From Thermoproteota archaeon (GTDB lineage: Archaea > Korarchaeota > Korarchaeia > Korarchaeales > Korarchaeaceae): a DNA stretch of 64,000 nucleotides. The first letter of the stretch is position 1, and the number at the start of each line of letters is the position of its first letter. The translations under genes and the position numbers were made by a program. Below, piece by piece: positions 18,714-28,387 of the stretch. The notes below the pieces were generated by a model. It ran no database searches. It saw nothing but the letters and a program-made list of their open reading frames with translations, and was not told where the DNA came from. The stretch is taken from contig JAOZFN010000012.1 of NCBI GenBank assembly GCA_027492205.1, forward strand, positions 1-64,000, written 5' to 3'.

Positions 18714-20462
18714 TCAGCCGTGAGAGCGTATCAACCTGACGGTCTCCCCGTCCCTCCCGTCCACCCGGGCGAACCCGAACCTGATCAGCTGGACGAGATC
18801 TCCCTCCCGGAGTTCGGACATGGCCGGCTCGCCGAACCCCCCCATGGACTCGAAGCTGTAGGCGGACGTGGGGGATATGGCCACGGCCGGGACGGCCCCC
18901 TCGACGGGAGCCCAGTGGATGATCTTCACGTCGGTCCTGACCTCGGGCAGGTACGTGAGCGCGAGGCCGTCGGGCATGACGCTCCTCACCCTGACGTTCG
19001 CCAGGCCCCTCAGTCTGATCTCCTGTCCAGGCTCCAGAGATCTGTGGTCAGACCAGGAGACGTAGACCCTCGCGACCCCGTCGCTAGCCGGGACCTCGAT
19101 CCTGCGGGTGCCCATCTCAGGCCTGTCCGGGTGGACCCTGACCTCGGCCACGAGGTCCCCCGGTACGCCCTCTATCTCGGCCTTGATGGGGTCGGCCACA
19201 AACATGTACCTCGGCACCCTCGGGTCGAGCCACTTCCGGTTGTAGGCCGCGATGGCGTCCATGGTCACGGTCGCGTCGACCTTGCTTGGCCCCATGTCGT
19301 ACATGAGCAGGACGAGGGCCTCTGGCGTTATGCCCCTCCTCTTCAGCCCCTTCAGCGTGGGGATCCGCGGGTCGTCCCAGCCCCAAAGTATGCCTGCCGA
19401 GATAAGCGGGCGTATGTGCCTCTTGGACAGTGGGAGACCCTCCACCGTTATCCTGCCGAACTGGATCATCTCGTACTGTCTGAGCCCCAGCTTCTCCAGG
19501 ATGGCCCTCTGAACGTCCACGTGTGGCTCGAACTCCTTGCTCCTGAACGCGTGGGTCACGCCGGTGAGCGAGTCCATCACGCTGACGGCGAAGTCGTAGT
19601 TGGGGTAGACGCGGTACCTGTCCCCGTGGATCGGGTGGGGGTGCTCGATGATCCTGAAGATGCCGGGGTCCCTCATGGTCAGGTTGGGGTGCCTCATGTC
19701 AGTCTTCAGCCTGAGGTGGGCCTCCCCCTCCCCAAACCTCCCCTCCAGCATCCCGTGCCACAGCTCCAGGTTCTCCTCGACGGACTGGCTCCTGTGGGGG
19801 CACTCCCTCCCCCGGGCCCTGTTGAGCCTCACCTCTCTGGCGGGGCAGGTGCAGACGTACGCGTCGCCCTGCCTGATGAGCTGCTCCGCGTAGCCATACA
19901 GCTCGGGGAGGTGGTCGGACTCGACTATCTCGCGGTCCCACCTACCGGGCGCGAGTCCGAGGACCCTCTCCGCCGCCTCGGTGATCGAGAGGAACTCCTC
20001 CCTTATGGCGTCGTAGAACTCGAGCCTCTCGACCCTGGGGTTGGTGTCCTCGAACCTGAGGTGGAACTCTCCGCCGTACCGCCTGGCGTAGACGAAGGGG
20101 ACCATGAGGCCCTTCACGTGCCCCAGAGTTGGATACCCGTTGGGCTCGGGGGCCACCCGAGTGACGATCCTCTCGTACTTCTCGGCGTTCGGCAGGGGAG
20201 GCCACTTCCTCTCCTCCTTCCCCCTCTTCTCCTCCCTCAGGACGCCCAGCTCCTCGGCGATCCTCTGGATCTCCCCCTCGGGCTTGGAGTTGACCTCCTC
20301 GACGACCTGCTGAACTATCTCCCTGACCTCGGCGATCCTCTGCTTGAGGTCCGGCCGATCCGCCAGGACCTTTCCGATGACTGGGCCCGGCCTCGCCTTT
20401 CCGTACTTGAGGGCGTTCCTTATCGCGTGTACGAGGGCGAGCCTGCGTATCTCCTCGTCCAT
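18714..20462 (-). CDS. gltX: Glutamate--tRNA ligase (archaeal type)
   Basis: RVAPEPNGYPTLGH, RFEDTNP, AYVCTC, GVTHAFR, LSKR, GWDDPRIPT. Confidence 0.95.
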   Translation of the reverse strand: MDEEIRRLALVHAIRNALKYGKARPGPVIGKVLADRPDLKQRIAEVREIVQQVVEEVNSKPEGEIQRIAEELGVLREEKRGKEERKWPPLPNAEKYERIVTRVAPEPNGYPTLGHVKGLMVPFVYARRYGGEFHLRFEDTNPRVERLEFYDAIREEFLSITEAAERVLGLAPGRWDREIVESDHLPELYGYAEQLIRQGDAYVCTCPAREVRLNRARGRECPHRSQSVEENLELWHGMLEGRFGEGEAHLRLKTDMRHPNLTMRDPGIFRIIEHPHPIHGDRYRVYPNYDFAVSVMDSLTGVTHAFRSKEFEPHVDVQRAILEKLGLRQYEMIQFGRITVEGLPLSKRHIRPLISAGILWGWDDPRIPTLKGLKRRGITPEALVLLMYDMGPSKVDATVTMDAIAAYNRKWLDPRVPRYMFVADPIKAEIEGVPGDLVAEVRVHPDRPEMGTRRIEVPASDGVARVYVSWSDHRSLEPGQEIRLRGLANVRVRSVMPDGLALTYLPEVRTDVKIIHWAPVEGAVPAVAISPTSAYSFESMGGFGEPAMSELREGDLVQLIRFGFARVDGRDGETVRLIRSHG

Positions 20463-20468
20463 CGTGGC

Positions 20469-21989
20469 TCAGGGTGAGTATGCCACAACTGAATCATAAA
20501 GGCCGACCCTCGCGACGCTGCAGGCGGTCAGCCTGCTCGCGTCCAGGGACCCGCCTGGAGTCAGGAGGCCGACGCACACCGGGACTGCTATGGGCCCCTC
20601 CTTGGCCAGGAACAGCCTGTCCCCCTGGAGGTCCAGGAAAAGCCCCAGGGACTTGCTGAGGCGCAGCTCGTCCCCCACCTCGGCGGGGTCGGAGAGGTTC
20701 AGACGCCCGCCCTCGCCCAGCTCCAGCCTGAAGGACACCCTCATGGTCAGCCACCCTCGCGTGGGGTCTCGATCCAGGAGCTCAACACTCACCACGGTGG
20801 GGGTCCCGTCGGGCCCCGCGTCGAGGGGGACGTCGAAGTACCAGACCTCCGTCACGTTGACGGTGGTCCAGTTGAAGACCAGCTCGTCGGGCATGACGTA
20901 GAACGCGAACTCCGCCAGTCCGTCGGGCCGAAGCGTGTTGAGCTTGACCGCGATCCTCCCGCCCGTCCACGGGATCGTCACCACGTCGTCGACGAATATC
21001 CTGTCGCTGTCCGCGTACAGGGAGACCCACCCCCTGCCCGGCACGGCGGAGAGCCAGGCGTCGTTCCACCTGAGGAGGTCCTCCGGGACCAGCCGGATCT
21101 TCGCCGTGTATCCGTCGGCCTCGGCGTACACCCCGAGGTAGATCTTGGCGTGGGATTCGGTGGCGTTGGCGACGTAGATCGCGTTGAACCTAGAGTCTAT
21201 GGGGAAGGAGTCCTGCCCCACCATGCAGGGGACTAGCCAGCCGCGGTAGGAGGCGTTGATCATCCAGACCCTCTCCTCGGCGTCGGTCATGAGGACGGCG
21301 GAGCAGTTCGTGTGTGCGTTCAGGAAGGCGGCGGACATGGGCGGGGAACTCCACACTGCGGGCCTCCTCGGAGCGAGGAACTCGTCCCTAACCCTGACCC
21401 TGCCGTCGTCGTAGGTGGCGAAGAGCACCGCGCCGACCCTGGCGTTCCGGCACTCGTACGCGAGGAGGCCCCTGGCCGCCCCCAGGGTTCCGTACCTGTC
21501 GACGCCCGCCACCCAGAGGAGTGGAAGCTCGGGGTTCCAAGGGTTCGTCGTGGCCTGGGCGAATCCGAAGTGGTACATCCCCCCGAAGTGCCTGTTGTCT
21601 GGGGTGCGAACGGTCCAGAGGTTCCCGACCTTGACGAACCTTAGCGGGGCGGCCTCGTTGGGCAGCTCGGCGTACCTGTTGGCCACCGGCCCCCCTATGA
21701 TTATCAGCGGCCTGTCCCGCAGGTCTGAGGGCGCGACGCTCGAGGCGTTGAGCACCGCGACCTCTCCGCCCAGCCTGAACCTTATGAAGTCGGCCAGCTC
21801 CGCGGCCGCGTCCCAGTCCTCCTCTGCCGCCGAGTCCCCAACTATTATCGTCGCCTGAGGATAGCCTGAGGTCGTGAGCAGCGCCGAGAGAGGGCAGATC
21901 CCCCTCAGCTCCAGCGGCTGCGAGTGCAGCGGAACTGCCGAAGCTGCGAAAGCGAGCAGGGTGATAGCGGCGGCAAGTCGCGCCTTCAT
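20469..21989 (-). CDS. Secreted protein with S-layer-type domain
   Basis: Signal peptide; IIVGDSAAEEDWDAA, LIIIGGPVANRYA and LWVAGVDRYGT motifs of archaeal S-layer family domains. Confidence 0.65.
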   Translation of the reverse strand: MKARLAAAITLLAFAASAVPLHSQPLELRGICPLSALLTTSGYPQATIIVGDSAAEEDWDAAAELADFIRFRLGGEVAVLNASSVAPSDLRDRPLIIIGGPVANRYAELPNEAAPLRFVKVGNLWTVRTPDNRHFGGMYHFGFAQATTNPWNPELPLLWVAGVDRYGTLGAARGLLAYECRNARVGAVLFATYDDGRVRVRDEFLAPRRPAVWSSPPMSAAFLNAHTNCSAVLMTDAEERVWMINASYRGWLVPCMVGQDSFPIDSRFNAIYVANATESHAKIYLGVYAEADGYTAKIRLVPEDLLRWNDAWLSAVPGRGWVSLYADSDRIFVDDVVTIPWTGGRIAVKLNTLRPDGLAEFAFYVMPDELVFNWTTVNVTEVWYFDVPLDAGPDGTPTVVSVELLDRDPTRGWLTMRVSFRLELGEGGRLNLSDPAEVGDELRLSKSLGLFLDLQGDRLFLAKEGPIAVPVCVGLLTPGGSLDASRLTACSVARVGLYDSVVAYSP

Positions 21990-22166
21990 GGACAGGTCTG
22001 CGTCACGGCCTCACGCTATAAGCATGAGCCGCCAGGCGGCGAACAGTAGTTTCGGGGTCCGTTACCCCAGGTGCGATCACTGCTCACTCTGGGATGGCTT
22101 CTTCATCCCCTCCCGTTACCGCGATAGCTCGGTATAAAAGGTAAGCCCGTAGCAATCCCTTGGCCG

Positions 22167-23474
22167 GTGGCTCTCATGAGGGTGATGAGGGGAGACGAGG
22201 CCTGGAAGTACGTCGCGTCCCTGGAAACGAGAGATATAGAGAGCTGGCTTTTCAGACAGGCGGTCGAGCCCGTCATCAGGGACGTGAGGATAAGGGGCGA
22301 CACGGCGATCGCAGAACACCTGGTCAAGGCATACGGCGTGGAGATCACCCCGGAGGATTTCCGGGTCTCGAGGTGGGAGATCGAGGATGCCACTTCAAAG
22401 CTCTCTCCCCAGAACAGGAGGCTCATCGAGGAGTCCATCGAGGTGATCGAGGACTTCCACAGGGGTCAGATGCCGCAGACCTACTCCAAGAGCTATCCCT
22501 GGGGTGAGGCGTGGATCTCCTGGGAGCCCCTCGACAGGGTCGGGGTTCACGTGCCCGAGTACGACGAGGTGGCCTACGTGTCCACCCTCCTGTTCGCAGC
22601 CGTCCCGGCGAAGGTTGCCGGGGTCAGGGAGGTGGCCGTCTTCACGCCCCCGCTGGGAGGCGGGAGAATCCACCCGGTCCTCCTGGCCGCCTGCGGCATC
22701 CTGGGGATAGAGGAAGTCTACAGGATAGGGGGGGCCGTGGCCGTGGCCGCCATGGCCTACGGCACCTCCAAGATCCCGGCGGTCGAGAAGATATTCGGGT
22801 CGGGGGACAGCTACTTCATGGCGGCCAAGCAGATCGTAGCGCCCGATGTGCCGGTTGACATGCCCTCCGGGCCGTCGGAGACCGTCGTCCTCGCCGACTC
22901 CTCGGCGGATCCGAGGGTCGTCGCGGCGGAGATGGTCGCCCAGGCTGAGCACGACGTGGACTCCATGGTGCTGCTCCTCACCGACGACGAGGGGCTAGTT
23001 GAGGAGGTGTTGAACATCATCGAGGAGATGGCCAGTTCTCTGGACAGGGGCGGGGTTGCCAGGGAGGCACTGAATGGTAGAGGGGCCGTGCTGGTGTTTG
23101 AGAACCTCGACGAGGCGGTAGAGGCCGTTAACGTCATCGCCCCCGAGAGGGTGACGGTCCTCTCGTTCAAGGACTCGTCTCTCGCCGCCGAGATAAAGAA
23201 GGCCGGCGCCGTCTTCGTGGGGCCCTACACCGTCAGCGCCTTTGGAGACTACGCCCTGGGCATAAACCAGCTCCTGCCCAGCGGCGGACACGCGAGGAGG
23301 TTCGGGGCGCTGACGGTGCACAGCTTCCTCCGACCCGTGGCGCACGGGAGGGTCAGCCTCGACGGGGCCAAGGAGCTCGCCGACCTGGTGGCTGGGCTGG
23401 CCAGGTTGGAGGGACTCACGGCGCACGCCGAGGCCGTCAGGATCGCCACTTCCTCCCCGTCAGCCCGGACCTGA
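22167..23474 (+). CDS. Histidinol dehydrogenase homolog with substituted catalytic residues
   Basis: PAKVAGV, GGAVAVAAMAYGT, DMPSGPSET, QAEHD, GDY, EGLTAH; but APER instead of APEH and GINQLLP instead of GxNHVLP. Confidence 0.85.
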   Translation: MALMRVMRGDEAWKYVASLETRDIESWLFRQAVEPVIRDVRIRGDTAIAEHLVKAYGVEITPEDFRVSRWEIEDATSKLSPQNRRLIEESIEVIEDFHRGQMPQTYSKSYPWGEAWISWEPLDRVGVHVPEYDEVAYVSTLLFAAVPAKVAGVREVAVFTPPLGGGRIHPVLLAACGILGIEEVYRIGGAVAVAAMAYGTSKIPAVEKIFGSGDSYFMAAKQIVAPDVPVDMPSGPSETVVLADSSADPRVVAAEMVAQAEHDVDSMVLLLTDDEGLVEEVLNIIEEMASSLDRGGVAREALNGRGAVLVFENLDEAVEAVNVIAPERVTVLSFKDSSLAAEIKKAGAVFVGPYTVSAFGDYALGINQLLPSGGHARRFGALTVHSFLRPVAHGRVSLDGAKELADLVAGLARLEGLTAHAEAVRIATSSPSART

Positions 23475-24171
23475 GGGCCTCGTCCCTCTTGGCCCTCGCG
23501 AGGACGCTCGCCGCCGCCACCGAGGGGAACCTCTCGTCCGCCTTGGGCTCGACGACGAGGGTCGCGCCCGGCGGAACGAGGCTCCTGAGCCGGGACTCCA
23601 GGGCCCCGGAGTCGAACGCGTCCACCGCCACCACGTCCACGCGCTCCAGTCTCTCCAGCACCTCCCCCAGCACCTCGAGGTGCCACTCGGCCAGCAGCCT
23701 GTTCAGGGTCCCCCTGACCCACACCTCGGAGAACTCCTCCGGGGTCACTAGCCGAACCGCTCGATCTAAGCACCTCTCCTCGATCCTCGCTGCGACGGCC
23801 CGGATCATCCCCCTGGGAATGGACTTCGTCTCGGTCATCCCCCTGGCCCTGAGCCACGCGGCCGACTCCGGGTCCAGGGCCACGGCGGCCACCACGATAG
23901 GCCCCTCATCCTCCCCCTTTCCCGCCTCGTCAGAGCCGACCTCGATTCCCCTGGGCCTGAGCAGGGAGCGCTCGACCAGGGGGATGAGCCCCTCGTGGTA
24001 GACCGCCTTCCCTGTCCTGTAGACCACCACCAGGTCCCCTCCGAGCCGGGCCCGAAGGACCTCGTACCTCCCCGGCTCTTGGAACTCGGCGCCCTCCTCC
24101 TCGAGCAGGGAGGCGAGCCTCTCGACCTCCGCCTCCAGCAGCCTAGTGCTTACCTGCCTTCTTCGCGCCAA
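23437..24171 (-). CDS. Ribonuclease HIII-like (type 2 RNase H with TBP-like N-terminal domain)
   Basis: N-terminal RARLGGDLVVVYRTGKAV; GSDEAGKGE..GPIVVAAV, VAVDAF, EPKADE, SVAAASVLAR. Confidence 0.75.
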   Translation of the reverse strand: MARRRQVSTRLLEAEVERLASLLEEEGAEFQEPGRYEVLRARLGGDLVVVYRTGKAVYHEGLIPLVERSLLRPRGIEVGSDEAGKGEDEGPIVVAAVALDPESAAWLRARGMTETKSIPRGMIRAVAARIEERCLDRAVRLVTPEEFSEVWVRGTLNRLLAEWHLEVLGEVLERLERVDVVAVDAFDSGALESRLRSLVPPGATLVVEPKADERFPSVAAASVLARAKRDEALRSGLTGRKWRS

Positions 24172-25444
24172 CGAGCCTCACCGCCGCGGCGACCATCCCT
24201 GCGGCGAGGGCGACGGCCACGATGGTCTTGGCCGGGACGCGGGCCTGCGCCACCACGGTAACGGGGATCTGGACGGTGGCGTTTAGCTCCTCGGCCGGGT
24301 AGGGGTTCACCCACGTGACCGTGGCGCGCACGGTGTAGTTTCCCGGCTCGGGGGCGGTTAGGGTGACAGAGACTACCTCAACCTGATAGGGGCCGAGAGG
24401 CCCCATCTGGACCTCTCTCCTGAGGTCCCCCAGCTCCACGCTTAGCACGGCGGAGGACACGTTCCAGGGGGAGTCGTTCGACACCCGGAGGGTGAGGTTC
24501 AGGACGCCCCCGGCCTGAACCTCCGAGGGACTGTCTATGGCCTGTAGCGACAGTTGAGAGTTCTTCACGATCCTGACCTCCCTCGTCAGCATGGCGGCGT
24601 AGGTGGCGTCGTCGTACCGGTAGTTGAACAGAAGTATCAGGGTGTGCCTGCCAGCCTGAACGTCCGGGTTGATCACGAACGACCGGCTCACCAGCTTGAC
24701 CTCCGATGGCCCGATCGGGCCCACCTCCTCCTGCACCAGCTTGCTCAGGAGGGTCGACCTGATTGTCAGGTTGGAGTCGGTTATCGGCACGCTCGTCCTG
24801 ACGAGTCCTCCCGTCTCTGGATCGATCTCCCAGGCCTCCTCGGTGTTGGCGATCGTCAGCTTGATGGTCAGCGTCCCAGGCGGCTCAAACTCCCCTGGCT
24901 GCACCTCAAGGGTCACCTGGGGGCCCCAGGGTGCCACGGAGAGCCTCTCCTCCCTCGAGTGATCCACGGTGATGAGCGTGCCGTTTGGAGTCTCCTCCAG
25001 CGCCTGGGCCTTGACGTAGATAGTGTAGTCACCCGGGGGGGTCGAGAGGGGGATTATCACCCTCGCCCTGACGGAGACGACCCCGATCTTCTGGGCCGAG
25101 ACCCTGATGGTGGACCCCTCCACCGACACGTTGGTGATCTCGTTGAGGTCAGGGTCCAGGGCGACGACCCGGGTTATGTTGTATGGCATGCTTATGGGGA
25201 TCATCAGGCTTATCTCGGCGCTCTTCAGGGTGTTTGTGGACGTCACAGTGCCTCCACCCACGAGAACGCTCTTGGAGAGGTTGTACTCGACCATCACCTC
25301 ACCGCCCTGCCTCACGGACTCCGGGTAGACCCACAGGACCGGCAGATACGGCCGTATCCGCTGAGCCGAGACCGGCCTGACGGGCGGTAAGGCGAGCGGC
25401 GCGAGGACCGTGACGGCGATCAGCAGGGCCCCCCTGACCCTCAT
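24143..25444 (-). CDS. Membrane-anchored surface protein with Ig-like/CARDB (COG1361-like) domains
   Basis: Signal peptide, beta-rich repeats (PLSTPPGDYTI, LTLRVSND, PEPGNYTVRA), C-terminal TM plus basic tail. Confidence 0.7.
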   Translation of the reverse strand: MRVRGALLIAVTVLAPLALPPVRPVSAQRIRPYLPVLWVYPESVRQGGEVMVEYNLSKSVLVGGGTVTSTNTLKSAEISLMIPISMPYNITRVVALDPDLNEITNVSVEGSTIRVSAQKIGVVSVRARVIIPLSTPPGDYTIYVKAQALEETPNGTLITVDHSREERLSVAPWGPQVTLEVQPGEFEPPGTLTIKLTIANTEEAWEIDPETGGLVRTSVPITDSNLTIRSTLLSKLVQEEVGPIGPSEVKLVSRSFVINPDVQAGRHTLILLFNYRYDDATYAAMLTREVRIVKNSQLSLQAIDSPSEVQAGGVLNLTLRVSNDSPWNVSSAVLSVELGDLRREVQMGPLGPYQVEVVSVTLTAPEPGNYTVRATVTWVNPYPAEELNATVQIPVTVVAQARVPAKTIVAVALAAGMVAAAVRLVGAKKAGKH

Positions 25445-25500
25445 CTCGTCCCCTCCACCGACCACAGTTTTAAGCAGCTCGCGACGCCAGTCAGGCGAGG

Positions 25501-26235
25501 ATGCCGGCGCTCGAGGTACTTCGACTTACGAAGCGGTTCGGGGACTTCACGGCGGTGGACGGGGTCACGTTTCAGGTCGAGGAGGGGGAGATATTCGGCT
25601 TCCTCGGCCCCAACGGGGCCGGGAAGACCACGACCCTCCGGATGATCTACGGGGTCCTCACGCCGACGGCCGGGGAAGTCCTGGTCAGGGGTAAGAGCGT
25701 TCGCGAGGATCCGGAGGGGGCCAAGGCGCACCTGGGGGTGATGCCCGAGGACGCGGGCATCTACTCCAGGCTGACAACGGAGGAGAACCTGGTGTACTTC
25801 GGCAAGCTCAGGGGGATCCCCGAGGGGGAGCTGAGGGGGAGGATCCCCCAGCTGCTTGCCAGGCTCGGGCTGACAGAGAAGAGGTACGTGCTGGCCGACA
25901 AGCTCTCCAAGGGGATGAAGCGCAAGCTGTCCTTCGCCAGGGCGATCCTACACGAGCCCGACATACTCCTGCTCGACGAGCCGACCTCGGGCGTCGACGT
26001 CATGAGCGCCAGGGAGATCAGGTCGATGATCTCGGACTACGCCTCGGGAGGGAGGACCGTCGTGATCAGCACCCACAACATGTGGGAGGTCCAGCAGCTC
26101 TGCACGCGGGTGGGAATAATCAACCGCGGCCGGCTGATCTACGTCGGCTCTGTCGAGGAGCTGGAGAGGTTGACGGGAGAGGAGGAGTTCGAGGAGGTCT
26201 TCGTGAGGCTGATAAGGGGGGAGGTGGCAGAGTGA
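25501..26235 (+). CDS. ABC transporter ATP-binding protein (NatA-like)
   Basis: GPNGAGKTT, LSKGM signature, LLLDEPTSGVD, STH. Confidence 0.93.
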   Translation: MPALEVLRLTKRFGDFTAVDGVTFQVEEGEIFGFLGPNGAGKTTTLRMIYGVLTPTAGEVLVRGKSVREDPEGAKAHLGVMPEDAGIYSRLTTEENLVYFGKLRGIPEGELRGRIPQLLARLGLTEKRYVLADKLSKGMKRKLSFARAILHEPDILLLDEPTSGVDVMSAREIRSMISDYASGGRTVVISTHNMWEVQQLCTRVGIINRGRLIYVGSVEELERLTGEEEFEEVFVRLIRGEVAE

Positions 26236-27572
26236 GGCTCCGGAGACCCCGATCCGGCTCAGAGGGGGTCGTTAGGTTCACCAGGGGCCTGGCCGACCTG
26301 GGCTACTCCCTGCCCAACAGGCCCTGGCTCGTCGTCGCGTGGAAGGAGCTCACCGAGGCCCTCAGGGACAGGAGGACGATCATCAACGCGGTCCTCCTCC
26401 CGATGATCCTCATGCCCATCGCCGTGGGGCTGCCCATGCTCTTCCTCAGCCCGAAGACCTCCCCGCCCAGGATAGCGATAGTGCCTGCCGACCCCGGGGC
26501 CCTCCCCCTCGTGGAGAGGATAACAAGCGAGGTCCCCGGAAACTTCACCATAAGGACGCCCGAGTTCAACGCGACGGACGCCATTCTGAAGGGCCTCGTC
26601 GACTTGGTCGTCGTGATACCCGAGGGCTTCTCCGCCAACATCTCCCAGGGCGGGTCTGCGAGGGTGATCTACCTCTACGACCCCTATCAGCTGAAGTCCT
26701 CCACGGCCATGGGCCTCGTTCAGGGGGTCGTCGACGAGTACAGCAAGGAGATCGTGAGCGAGAGGCTGAGGAGTCTCAACCTGTCGGAGGAGTTCGTGGA
26801 GCCGATTAGGGCGGTCAGCTACCAGGTCACGGCAACGGGCGCCGCGGCCACGGCCGAGTCCATGTTCGGCGTCATGCTCCTCCCAATGATGGTCGGGGTG
26901 CTTGCGATCACGGGAGCTAGCTCCTTCGCCCTGGACATGGTCGCCGGTGAGAGGGAGAGGAAGACCATCGAGGCCCTGCTGACCGCTCCTGTGAGGAGGA
27001 TCTCCATCCTCGCGGGCAAGTACGTCGCCCTGACCGTCCTCGCGGCAGTAATGGGTGTCTCGACCATAGCGTCGGTCGTGCTCAGCGTCGGCGTCATGGC
27101 GGTCGCCGTCCCGGTGGAGGAGCTCGTCCCCCCTCAGGCCGCCCAGGCGGCGGAGAGGGCCGGGATAGGCCTCGCCTCGCTCTCCAAGATATTCCCGCAG
27201 GGGACCAGCCCGACCGTCATCCTGCTGGGGATAGGGGCCGCCATGCTCCTGGCCGCCCTCACGGGAAACGCCATCGTAGTCATGGGGGCCAGCTTCGCCA
27301 AGAGCTTCAAGGAGGCCCAGCAGTACGTCGGCGCCATCACCGGCATCATGGTCCTGCCGATGATCGCGGTCCCCTACGCGCCAGCCAGACTCCTGGGGCC
27401 GATGAGGTTCCTGCCCATAACATCCGTCGCGATGCTGGCCAGAGACCTGATCGTGAACCCCGGCGACGTGGCGGCGCTGACGACCTCCGGCCTGGCCTCC
27501 GTCGTGTATCTGGTGGCATTCTTGTTGGCCAGCGCGAAGCTGTTTGGTAGGGAGTCGGTTGTGTTCGACTGA
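26232..27572 (+). CDS. ABC-2 type permease (NatB-like)
   Basis: WKELTEALRDRRT, AGERERKTIEALLTAPV..ILAGK, AKSFKEAQ; GTG start overlaps the ATPase stop. Confidence 0.88.
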   Translation: MRLRRPRSGSEGVVRFTRGLADLGYSLPNRPWLVVAWKELTEALRDRRTIINAVLLPMILMPIAVGLPMLFLSPKTSPPRIAIVPADPGALPLVERITSEVPGNFTIRTPEFNATDAILKGLVDLVVVIPEGFSANISQGGSARVIYLYDPYQLKSSTAMGLVQGVVDEYSKEIVSERLRSLNLSEEFVEPIRAVSYQVTATGAAATAESMFGVMLLPMMVGVLAITGASSFALDMVAGERERKTIEALLTAPVRRISILAGKYVALTVLAAVMGVSTIASVVLSVGVMAVAVPVEELVPPQAAQAAERAGIGLASLSKIFPQGTSPTVILLGIGAAMLLAALTGNAIVVMGASFAKSFKEAQQYVGAITGIMVLPMIAVPYAPARLLGPMRFLPITSVAMLARDLIVNPGDVAALTTSGLASVVYLVAFLLASAKLFGRESVVFD

Positions 27573-27601
27573 TGTCGGCGCGACGTTCGGGGCGGCTAGC
27601 G

Positions 27602-28387
27602 TCAGGAGATCACCGCCAGCGCCACCACCAGCCCCAGGAGGCCAAAGGAGACCGCAAACACCCCGGGGCTGACCCTCCTAGACAGCCTCATGAGGGCGTG
27701 CATGGACGCGTAGCCGGCGCCCGCCGCGGCTGCGGCTGAGAGGATCTGCGCGACGCCGACATCCACAGCACCGGTGAGCGCCACCAGGCCGGCGGCGCCG
27801 AGAGAGGCCGGTATGGAGAGCAGGAAGGACAGCTTCAGGGCCCTCTCGGCTTCCAGTCCCATTAACATGAGGCCCAACACCGTGATCCCAGACCTGCTGA
27901 CTCCCGGGAGCGCGGCAACGCCCTGAAGGGATCCCACGAGCGCCCCCAGCTTGACGGGATCCGCAGGCCCGACCTCGACCGCCCTACCCTCCGCTAGTAG
28001 GAGCGCGAGTCCGAGGGCGGTGAGCAGGGTGGGGGTCACCAGCGCGAGGGCGGCGCTCGACGGCACCCTCGTGGCGAGCAGGTAGAATGGGACGCCGGTG
28101 AAGGCGGTGACGGCCGTGCCGACCAGTAGGTACTTGAACGCCGCTGGGTCCCCGCCCTCGGCGCGGAGGGGCCACATGACGGCCGCGGCGAGCTCCGACC
28201 TGAGGTAGGCCGCGGCCGCGAGAGACGTCCCGAGGTGGAGCCAGAGGGCGGTCGACACGGCCGAGGCCGGGGGCGCGCCCGCTAGCATCGAGAGGAGGAC
28301 GGAGACCTGCCCCTCGCTGCTGACCGGCAGCCACTCCAGCACGCCCTGAACGAGGCCCGCCAGTATCGTTGCGACGGTGGGGTTCAA
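27602..28387 (-). CDS. uppP: Undecaprenyl-diphosphate phosphatase (UppP/BacA family)
   Basis: VQGVLEWLPVSSEG, LHLGT, ALPGVSRSGIT, SFLLSIP. Confidence 0.88.
   Translation of the reverse strand: MNPTVATILAGLVQGVLEWLPVSSEGQVSVLLSMLAGAPPASAVSTALWLHLGTSLAAAAYLRSELAAAVMWPLRAEGGDPAAFKYLLVGTAVTAFTGVPFYLLATRVPSSAALALVTPTLLTALGLALLLAEGRAVEVGPADPVKLGALVGSLQGVAALPGVSRSGITVLGLMLMGLEAERALKLSFLLSIPASLGAAGLVALTGAVDVGVAQILSAAAAAGAGYASMHALMRLSRRVSPGVFAVSFGLLGLVVALAVIS

Noticed and set aside
18720-20477. 585-aa plus-strand ORF and similar long antisense ORFs (e.g. 29220..30749, 39199..40431, 52574..54211, 57874..59583)
   Set aside because: Shadow frames of well-supported opposite-strand genes, expected at high GC; no motifs
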